The notes under the pieces: model-generated
What the model was told of the DNA's origin: nothing
What the model saw: only the letters and a program-made list of their open reading frames with translations
Databases searched by the model: none
Shown: positions 56,808 through 64,000 of the stretch, piece after piece
Layout of the letters: every line of letters starts with the position of its first letter
Position numbering within the stretch: the stretch's first letter is position 1
Program-made: the position numbers and the translations under genes
DNA from: Methylophilaceae bacterium
Lineage (GTDB): Bacteria; Pseudomonadota; Gammaproteobacteria; Burkholderiales; Methylophilaceae
NCBI GenBank assembly: GCA_039933015.1
Contig: JBDTOX010000163.1
Span: 14,064 to 78,063 of the forward strand
Direction: 5' to 3'
Length of the DNA stretch: 64,000 bases

Positions 56808-58697
56808 TCAAGACTTAGTGGCAGGTTGTGGCGTAGCAGCCGTAGTGGGGCCGGAAGTTCCGCTATCCCGTGACGTCTTGTTACTGGCTTGGCTGGGCTT
56901 AGGCGCACGCGGCGGTAAACCGGCCATAATGTCATCGATCTGCTCGGCATCAATGGTTTCCCACTCAAGCAGGGCCGAAACCATCGCTTCCACCTTGTCG
57001 CGATTTTCTTCCAGCAACTTGCGCGCAATAGCATACTGCTCATCCAGGATCCGGCGAATCTCGCCATCCACTTTTTGCAGCGTCGCTTCAGAGACCGATT
57101 TTGCTGACATGCGGCCGAAGAAGGAGTCCTGGTCATTATCAACATAGACCATGGTACCTAGCGAATCTGACATGCCGTATTTGGTTACCATGTCGCGTGC
57201 CAAATGGGTAGCACGTTCAAAATCGTTGGAAGCGCCGGTGGACATCTGGTTCAGGAATACTTCTTCGGCAATACGGCCACCGAACAGTATCGAGATTTCC
57301 TCGAGCATTTTGTCGCGGTAATTACTGATGCGATCAAACTCAGGCAATTGCCAGGTCAAGCCCAGCGCCCAGCCGCGTGGCATGATGGTAACCTTGTGCA
57401 CCGGGTCAGCCTTGGGTAACAGTTTTGCCACTACCGCATGACCAGATTCGTGATAGGCCGTACTGCGGCGCTCCTCTTCACGCATGACCATGGACTTGCG
57501 CTCCGGCCCCATGAATATCTTGTCCTTGGCATCTTCAAAGTCGGCCATATCCACAGTGCGTTTGTTGCGACGTGCGGCAAACAATGCTGCCTCGTTCACG
57601 AGGTTAGCCAAATCGGCACCAGAGAAGCCCGGTGTACCGCGTGCAAGAATATCCGCCTTAACGTCAGCATCAATCGGCACTTTGCGCATATGCACCAGCA
57701 GGATTTGCTCGCGACCACGGATGTCGGGCAAGCCCACCACTACTTGACGGTCGAAACGGCCGGGACGCAGCAACGCTTTATCCAGCACGTCGGCGCGGTT
57801 GGTTGCTGCAATCACGATTACGCCGGAACTGGGCTCAAAACCATCAAGCTCGACCAGCAACTGATTCAGCGTTTGCTCACGCTCGTCGTTACCACCGCCC
57901 GTACCTGCGCCACGATGACGGCCCACCGCATCAATTTCATCGATAAAGATAATGCACGGTGAAGTTTTCTTGGCCTGCTCGAACATGTCACGCACACGTG
58001 CTGCACCAACACCGACGAACATTTCGACGAAATCGGAACCGGAAATGGTGAAGAAAGGTACTTTGGCTTCACCGGCAATGGCTTTGGCGAGCAAAGTCTT
58101 ACCCGTGCCTGGAGGGCCAACCAAAAGCACACCCCGCGGAATGCGGCCGCCCAGTTTCTGGAATTTGCCTGGGTCACGTAAAAACTCCACCAATTCAGCG
58201 ACTTCTTCCTTGGCTTCATCGCAACCAGCCACATCGGCAAAAGTAGTCTGATTAGTACTCTCGTCGAGCTGACGCGCCTTGCTCTTACCAAAAGAGAATG
58301 CACCGCCACGACCGCCACCTTGCATCTGGCGCATAAAAAACACCCAAACGCCAATCAGCAACAACATGGGAAACCACGAAACAAAAATATTCATGAGCAA
58401 TGAAGGCTCTTCGTCCGGCTTGGCTTCGACAGTTACATTATTTTTAAGCAGATCTGAAATCAGCCATGGATCGGACGGCGCATAGGTATTAAATTTTTTG
58501 CCCTCGTTAGTAACGCCACGCAATACGCGACCATCAATGGTTACTTTGGCAATGCGCCCCTCCTTCACCTCATCGAGGAATTGGGAGTAAACCACCTGAC
58601 CGTCCGCAGCTGTTTTTGCGCCGAACTGGTTAAACACAGTCATCAGCACAAGGGCTACGACGAGCCAGATAGCGATATTCTTTACGATATTGTTCAA
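56808..58697 (-). CDS. ftsH: ATP-dependent zinc metalloprotease FtsH
   Basis: 629 aa. Walker [14 protein letters not shown], Walker [13 protein letters not shown] region and zinc site HESGHA. Confidence 0.97.
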   Translation of the reverse strand: MNNIVKNIAIWLVVALVLMTVFNQFGAKTAADGQVVYSQFLDEVKEGRIAKVTIDGRVLRGVTNEGKKFNTYAPSDPWLISDLLKNNVTVEAKPDEEPSLLMNIFVSWFPMLLLIGVWVFFMRQMQGGGRGGAFSFGKSKARQLDESTNQTTFADVAGCDEAKEEVAELVEFLRDPGKFQKLGGRIPRGVLLVGPPGTGKTLLAKAIAGEAKVPFFTISGSDFVEMFVGVGAARVRDMFEQAKKTSPCIIFIDEIDAVGRHRGAGTGGGNDEREQTLNQLLVELDGFEPSSGVIVIAATNRADVLDKALLRPGRFDRQVVVGLPDIRGREQILLVHMRKVPIDADVKADILARGTPGFSGADLANLVNEAALFAARRNKRTVDMADFEDAKDKIFMGPERKSMVMREEERRSTAYHESGHAVVAKLLPKADPVHKVTIMPRGWALGLTWQLPEFDRISNYRDKMLEEISILFGGRIAEEVFLNQMSTGASNDFERATHLARDMVTKYGMSDSLGTMVYVDNDQDSFFGRMSAKSVSEATLQKVDGEIRRILDEQYAIARKLLEENRDKVEAMVSALLEWETIDAEQIDDIMAGLPPRAPKPSQASNKTSRDSGTSGPTTAATPQPATKS

Positions 58698-58806
58698 CGT
58701 CCCATCCTTAATTTAAAAGGGAATTTACAAACTTCATTCTAAACTTATTTTTACTCTGTTGCCGTAATCTCTGCGGCCCGAGCGATGCATTTAAAGCTTT
58801 TTCATT

Positions 58807-59427
58807 TCACGGCTTACGCTTTAAACCCAGCAAATACACCTCACTACTGCGATCACGCGAGGCTTTGGGTTTACGTGTTGCTACTGTTTCAAACCCCATG
58901 CGCATATTACGCACAATTTCGTCAAAGCCCGTTCCGATAAAAACTTTGACTAGCAAATGACCACCCGGTTTCAACCATTTCAAGCTAAATTCCAGCGCCA
59001 GTTCCGTCAAGTATGCTGCATTAGCTTGATCTACAAGACTAATACCGCTCATATTGGGGGCCATATCGGCAATTACAAGGTCTACTGCCCCACTATTTAG
59101 CATTTCTTCCAGCTGATTAAGAATGGCTTCTTCGCGAAAGTCACCCTGAATAAACTCCACACCCGCAATCGGCTGCATTTCCAGCAGGTCCAAGGCAATC
59201 ACGCGCCCTTTGCCTTGTAGCCGCTGTACGGCGACCTGCGACCAGCTACCTGGGGTAGCACCAAGATCCACTATGGTCATGCCCGGTTTAAACAGGCGGT
59301 CCTTGTCATCAATCTCCATGAGTTTGTAGGCTGCGCGGGCACGATAACCCTCACGCTGTGCACGCTTAACAAACTCATCATTAACGTGTTCCTGCATCCA
59401 TGCTTTGCTGGTAGGTCTGCGTTTCAT
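58807..59427 (-). CDS. rlmE: 23S rRNA (U2552-2'-O)-methyltransferase RlmE (FtsJ)
   Basis: 206 aa. Contains [36 protein letters not shown] and VKVF. Confidence 0.94.
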   Translation of the reverse strand: MKRRPTSKAWMQEHVNDEFVKRAQREGYRARAAYKLMEIDDKDRLFKPGMTIVDLGATPGSWSQVAVQRLQGKGRVIALDLLEMQPIAGVEFIQGDFREEAILNQLEEMLNSGAVDLVIADMAPNMSGISLVDQANAAYLTELALEFSLKWLKPGGHLLVKVFIGTGFDEIVRNMRMGFETVATRKPKASRDRSSEVYLLGLKRKP

Positions 59428-59462
59428 CTGATAAACTGCGAGCCTTTTTGAATCAATGAGAT

Positions 59463-59771
59463 ATGTCCGAATTGCAGCCCAAACAACTTAGTTCCAAACA
59501 GATCAGCCAACTGCGCGCCCTTAGCCATGAACTTAGCCCAGTTGTCATGATAGGCAACAACGGCCTGACAGAGAAGGTTTTGCACGAAATCGAGGTTAGC
59601 CTTAAAGCACATGAGCTCATCAAAATTAAAGTGCATGGCGATGATCGTGCGCTAAGAATTCAGATTCTGGAAGAAATTTGCAGCAAGACGGTCTCGGTAG
59701 CAGTGCATCATATTGGTAAGCAGTTGATAATCTACCGTCAGGCAGATAAACCCAAAATCATTCTGACTTAA
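59463..59771 (+). CDS. yhbY: RNA-binding protein YhbY (CRS1/YhbY domain)
   Basis: 102 aa. Contains [41 protein letters not shown]. Divergent from rlmE, as in E. coli. Confidence 0.88.
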   Translation: MSELQPKQLSSKQISQLRALSHELSPVVMIGNNGLTEKVLHEIEVSLKAHELIKIKVHGDDRALRIQILEEICSKTVSVAVHHIGKQLIIYRQADKPKIILT

Positions 59772-60221
59772 TTAGCGTGCGCGCAGCACCAGCACCAGAC
59801 CCAGCAAGCTTTGCACCAAGTAAGCAATACTCGCCACGCCGTGCCAGGTTTTGAAGCGGCTGGCAAATACACTCTGCATTACATCTGCCGGCATCGCCTG
59901 CGCTTTCAGCTCGGCAAGTAGGTGTTGAATGCCAAAGTGGCCGGCTAGTGTGAGTACAAGCATCACTAGCACAGCCCAGAAGAACCCCTGTTTCAATGCG
60001 GCCGTGCCCAATCGCACCAAACGCTGTATCAACAGATAAAAAGCACTGGCTATCCCCACATATGCCACAAAACCAAACATCTTGCCTGCCAGCATTCCCG
60101 CCGCTTGCTTATCTTGCAAGTGGTAAAACAAGGTAGGCGCTGCCAGGTAGCCGATCGCCCATAACGCGCCCACCCAGGCAGTGATAGTGATTAAAGCGAG
60201 CTTGTCTGACCAGTGATTCAT
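59772..60221 (-). CDS. DUF4149-type (TMEM205-like) membrane protein
   Basis: 149 aa with four predicted TM segments. Lies between greA and yhbY. The assignment rests on recalled family resemblance and context. Confidence 0.55.
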   Translation of the reverse strand: MNHWSDKLALITITAWVGALWAIGYLAAPTLFYHLQDKQAAGMLAGKMFGFVAYVGIASAFYLLIQRLVRLGTAALKQGFFWAVLVMLVLTLAGHFGIQHLLAELKAQAMPADVMQSVFASRFKTWHGVASIAYLVQSLLGLVLVLRAR

Positions 60222-60229
60222 ATCGTTAA

Positions 60230-60706
60230 TTAAAGATACTGTACATCAAGCACTTCAAAAGAACGTAAGCCGCCGGGGGCCATGACTTCAGCCACGTCGC
60301 CTGGTGATTTTCCAATCAGGGCGCGCGCAATCGGTGAGCTCACCGAGATTTTACCGCCTTTAATGTCCGCCTCATCATCACCGACGATTTGGTAAGTAGT
60401 GACGCCGCCGCCCTCTATATCTTCAACTTCCACCGTGGCGCCGAATACGCAGCGGCCTTCAGCATTCAACGTTTTGGGGTCAATAATCTGCGCGTTGGAG
60501 AGCTTGGCTTCAATCTCGGCAATGCGGCCTTCAATAAAGCTTTGGCGTTCTTTGGCGGCATCATACTCGGCATTCTCCGAGAGGTCGCCTTGCGCACGCG
60601 CTTCCGCAATTGCCTGGATTACATTAGGTCGATCAACGCTACGTAAACGATGCAACTCAAGCTTGAGCAGCTCCGCGCCTTTAATTGTTACTGGAATCTT
60701 GTGCAT
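60230..60706 (-). CDS. greA: Transcription elongation factor GreA
   Basis: 158 aa. Contains [22 protein letters not shown] and a C-terminal [14 protein letters not shown]. Confidence 0.96.
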   Translation of the reverse strand: MHKIPVTIKGAELLKLELHRLRSVDRPNVIQAIAEARAQGDLSENAEYDAAKERQSFIEGRIAEIEAKLSNAQIIDPKTLNAEGRCVFGATVEVEDIEGGGVTTYQIVGDDEADIKGGKISVSSPIARALIGKSPGDVAEVMAPGGLRSFEVLDVQYL

Positions 60707-60807
60707 ACTAATTGCCTGCCTTTTATTCTTTAGCCCTTAAAGCAAAACTAAAAACAAAAACCACACCTGGAACACCAAGCGTGGTTTCAAATATCGTTAT
60801 TATATTA

Positions 60808-63800
60808 TTACTTACCTAGCTGCTGATGCAAGTTCTGTAAAGACTGCACTTCCAACTCCTCAATATGCGCCATGCCCAAACAGGCAGCCTTGGCACCAGC
60901 CAGCGTGGTGTAGTAAGTTACCTTCTGCTGCAGTGCGCTACGACGGATCGCGTAGGAGTCGTTGACTGCACGCTTGTCTTCCACCACGTTCACAATAAAA
61001 CTGATTTCGCCATTCTTGATCATGTCCACGATATGTGGCCGGCCTTCAGCCACCTTGTTAACGGGCGTTACAGTCAAACCGGCAGCAGTTAATGCGCCAG
61101 CCGTACCGCGTGTGGCAACCAGATGAAAACCAAGATCTGCCAGCGCCTGTGCGATTTCAACGACTTTTTCGCGATCTTCGCGGCGCACGCTGATAAACGC
61201 TTTGCCGCCAAGCGGCAACTTGGTGCTGGCACCCAATTGCGACTTCACAAAGGCTTCAGCAAAGGTACGGCCCACACCCATCACTTCACCGGTGGATTTC
61301 ATTTCCGGGCCGAGTATCGTATCCACGCCCGGGAACTTGATGAAAGGGAATACGGCTTCTTTCACCGAGTAATAAGGCGGTATGATTTCCTTGGTAACGC
61401 CCTGCTCCTTGAGCTTTCTGCCCGTCATGCAGCGCGCAGCAATTTTAGCCAGCTGCAAGCCACAAGCCTTGGAGACAAACGGCACCGTGCGCGAAGCGCG
61501 AGGATTCACTTCCAGCACGTATACGGTCTCGCCCTGGATAGCGAACTGCACGTTCATGAGGCCTACCACACCCAGCGCCTTGGCCATTACCACGGTTTGC
61601 CTGCGTAACTCATCCTGCAATTCATTAGACAGGCTGTAAGGCGGTAATGAACAGGCCGAATCGCCGGAGTGCACTCCAGCTTGCTCAACGTGCTCCATGA
61701 TACCGCCGATAATTACATCATCACCGTCGCATAAGGCGTCGACATCGACCTCCTTTGCATCGTTCAGGAAGCGGTCCAGCAGCACCGGTGATTCATTGGA
61801 AACCTTGACGGCTTCACGCATATAGCGCTCAAGCTGTGCCTGTTCCTGCACAATTTCCATGGCACGACCGCCCAACACATAGGATGGGCGCACTACTAGC
61901 GGATAGCCGATCTCTTGTGCCAGGCGCAAAGCCTCTTCCGGCGTTCTGGCGGTGCGATTAGGCGGCTGCTTGAGACCCAGTTCCTGCAGCATAAGTTGGA
62001 AACGCTCACGGTCTTCCGCGCGGTCAATCGCGTCCGGTGTAGTACCAATAATAGGCACACCGGCTTTTTCCAGATCACGTGCCAGCTTCAATGGGGTCTG
62101 TCCGCCGTATTGCACGATAACCCCTACTGGTTTTTCCAGCGCAACGATTTCCAGCACGTCTTCCAGCGTTAGCGGCTCGAAATACAGGCGGTCAGATGTG
62201 TCATAGTCGGTAGATACGGTTTCAGGATTACAGTTGACCATAATGGTTTCGTAACCATCTTCGCGCATGGCGAATGCCGCATGTACACAGCAATAATCGA
62301 ATTCAATACCCTGACCGATGCGGTTTGGCCCGCCACCCAGCACCATGATTTTCTTGCGGTCTGTAGGCCGCGCCTCGCACTCTTCTTCATAGGTTGAGTA
62401 CATGTAAGCGGTGTTGGTAGCAAATTCAGCCGCACAGGTATCAACGCGCTTATATACTGGACGCACATGCAATGCCTGCCGGTAAGCACGTACAGCATGC
62501 TGGTCTGTGCCCAGCAACTTCGCCAGGCGGTGGTCAGAAAAACCACGGCGCTTGAGTTGGAACAACGCATCTTTATCTAGATCCGCCAGATTGCGGCCAT
62601 TAAGCGCCTGTTCGCGCTTGATAATATCGGCAATTTGTACCAGGAACCAAGGGTCTATCTTGGAATGATCGTACACTTGCTCCACGGTCATACCCATGCG
62701 GAAGGCATCACCTACATACCAGATCCGCTCAGGGCCAGGTTCGCCCAGCTCTTTCTGGATCTGGTCGATGTCGGTGGAAACTTCATCCAGGCCATCAACA
62801 CCAACTTCGAGGCCACGCAGGGCTTTCTGGAAGGATTCCTGGAAAGTTCGACCTATGGCCATGACTTCACCGACTGATTTCATTTGCGTAGTTAAACGCG
62901 AATCAGCCTGTGGGAATTTCTCAAAGGCAAAACGTGGAATCTTGGTAACAACATAATCAATAGAAGGCTCAAATGACACAGGTGTAGCACCGCCGGTAAT
63001 CTCATTCCTAAGCTCATCAAGTGTGAAGCCCACTGCCAGCTTGGCAGCCACTTTCGCAATCGGGAAGCCTGTGGCCTTTGAGGCCAAAGCTGAAGAACGC
63101 GATACACGTGGATTCATCTCAATCACAATCATGCGTCCGTCTTCCGGGTTGATCGCAAATTGCACATTGGAGCCGCCGGTGTCTACACCGATTTCACGCA
63201 GCACCGCCAGCGAGGCGTTGCGCATGATTTGATATTCTTTGTCGGTCAGGGTTTGCGCGGGCGCTACGGTAATCGAATCACCAGTATGTACGCCCATGGG
63301 ATCCAGATTCTCAATGGAGCAAATGATAATGCAGTTATCAGCACTATCCCGCACCACTTCCATCTCGTACTCTTTCCAGCCGAGTAATGATTCTTCGATA
63401 AGCAACTCGTGGGTAGGCGAGGCTTCCAGGCCACGCTCACAAATAGCGAGAAACTCTTCGCGGTTGTAAGCAATACCGCCGCCGCTACCGCCCATGGTAA
63501 ACGAAGGGCGGATAATGGCTGGATAACCAATCGAAGCCTGTACTTGCAAGGCTTCTTCCAGGCTATGCGCCGCGGCTGAACGTGCCGACGCCAGTCCTAT
63601 CTTGGTCATGGCCTGCTTGAATTTTTCGCGGTCCTCGGCTTTATCGATGGCTTCCTTGCTGGCACCTATCAGCTCTACGTTATACTTTTCCAGCACGCCT
63701 TCGCGTGCCAAGTCCAGCGCACAGTTCAACGCCGTCTGGCCGCCCATGGTGGGTAACAAGGCATCAGGGCGTTCAATGGCAATGATCTTTTCCACCACCT

Positions 63801-64000
63801 GCCAGGTCACTGGTTCGATATAGGTCGCATCGGCCATTTCCGGGTCGGTCATGATAGTGGCCGGATTGGAATTCACCAGAATGACTCGGTAGCCTTCTTC
63901 GCGCAACGCCTTACAGGCTTGCGCGCCGGAATAGTCGAATTCACAGGCCTGACCGATAACGATAGGTCCGGCGCCGATGATCAGGATGGATTTGAGGTCT
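60808..64000 (-). CDS. carB: Carbamoyl-phosphate synthase large subunit CarB (N-terminus beyond window end)
   Basis: The frame is open from 60808 to the window edge. There are two ATP-grasp halves and a C-terminal MGS-like domain ([33 protein letters not shown]). About 30-40 N-terminal residues are missing from the window. Confidence 0.95.
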   Translation of the reverse strand, partial: DLKSILIIGAGPIVIGQACEFDYSGAQACKALREEGYRVILVNSNPATIMTDPEMADATYIEPVTWQVVEKIIAIERPDALLPTMGGQTALNCALDLAREGVLEKYNVELIGASKEAIDKAEDREKFKQAMTKIGLASARSAAAHSLEEALQVQASIGYPAIIRPSFTMGGSGGGIAYNREEFLAICERGLEASPTHELLIEESLLGWKEYEMEVVRDSADNCIIICSIENLDPMGVHTGDSITVAPAQTLTDKEYQIMRNASLAVLREIGVDTGGSNVQFAINPEDGRMIVIEMNPRVSRSSALASKATGFPIAKVAAKLAVGFTLDELRNEITGGATPVSFEPSIDYVVTKIPRFAFEKFPQADSRLTTQMKSVGEVMAIGRTFQESFQKALRGLEVGVDGLDEVSTDIDQIQKELGEPGPERIWYVGDAFRMGMTVEQVYDHSKIDPWFLVQIADIIKREQALNGRNLADLDKDALFQLKRRGFSDHRLAKLLGTDQHAVRAYRQALHVRPVYKRVDTCAAEFATNTAYMYSTYEEECEARPTDRKKIMVLGGGPNRIGQGIEFDYCCVHAAFAMREDGYETIMVNCNPETVSTDYDTSDRLYFEPLTLEDVLEIVALEKPVGVIVQYGGQTPLKLARDLEKAGVPIIGTTPDAIDRAEDRERFQLMLQELGLKQPPNRTARTPEEALRLAQEIGYPLVVRPSYVLGGRAMEIVQEQAQLERYMREAVKVSNESPVLLDRFLNDAKEVDVDALCDGDDVIIGGIMEHVEQAGVHSGDSACSLPPYSLSNELQDELRRQTVVMAKALGVVGLMNVQFAIQGETVYVLEVNPRASRTVPFVSKACGLQLAKIAARCMTGRKLKEQGVTKEIIPPYYSVKEAVFPFIKFPGVDTILGPEMKSTGEVMGVGRTFAEAFVKSQLGASTKLPLGGKAFISVRREDREKVVEIAQALADLGFHLVATRGTAGALTAAGLTVTPVNKVAEGRPHIVDMIKNGEISFIVNVVEDKRAVNDSYAIRRSALQQKVTYYTTLAGAKAACLGMAHIEELEVQSLQNLHQQLGK

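Noticed and set aside
1-64000. A search of the whole window for CRISPR arrays, IS elements or transposases, integrases, phage genes, toxin-antitoxin pairs, restriction-modification or other defence genes, and tRNA or rRNA genes.
   Set aside because: None found. All ORFs of 100 aa or more that are not shadow ORFs are accounted for by flagellar, respiratory, Fe-S, phosphate, arsenic or housekeeping functions. Intergenic regions are short (mostly under 250 nt) and contain only hairpins or promoter-like elements. This was a visual scan only, so tRNAscan, Infernal and PADLOC/DefenseFinder would be needed to be definitive.

Overview
This 64-kb chromosomal window is gene-dense and looks mostly like core genome. 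I infer a flagellated betaproteobacterium from gene order and protein motifs read by eye; no database search was run.

Contents by region:
- 1-14.4 kb: flagellar genes fliOPQR (+), converging on flgLKJIHGFEDCB (-), then the divergent flgA-flgM-flgN (+).
- 14.6-19.6 kb: a small membrane protein, then an aa3-type cytochrome c oxidase unit (DUF2244-coxB-coxA-coxC, - strand) wedged inside the flagellar region.
- 19.7-27.5 kb: a Pseudomonas-like flagellar block flhB-flhA-flhF-flhG-fliA-motC-motD (- strand).
- 27.7-36.9 kb: suhB / trmJ-cysE-iscR-(extra NifS-like)-iscS-iscU-iscA-hscB-hscA-fdx.
- 36.9-46 kb: a MASE1-PAS-GGDEF-EAL protein, an OprO/P-type porin, a bactofilin, a copZ-like gene, lysS, and prfB with its +1 frameshift.
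- 46.2-50 kb: pstSCAB.
- 50-53 kb: a small arsenic-resistance islet (arsC, a decayed arsI-like gene, arsR, divergent ACR3) next to a glycosyltransferase gene with an internal deletion.
- 53-64 kb: dgkA, a PAP2 phosphatase, glmM, folP, ftsH, rlmE, yhbY, a DUF4149 gene, greA and most of carB.

I saw no tRNA or rRNA gene, CRISPR array, transposase, integrase or phage gene, and I found no convincing new multi-gene system.

The observations most worth a second look:
1. An FlhG/FleN homologue with a fully degenerate ATP-binding P-loop but a retained FlhF-activating DQAxxLR motif.
2. Gene decay in the ars / glycosyltransferase region.
3. Tandem cysteine desulfurases in the isc operon.
4. A respiratory oxidase operon embedded between flagellar operons.
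5. Readable sigma-28 promoters and Pho boxes.

All family assignments rest on motifs recalled from memory and need confirmation by search.
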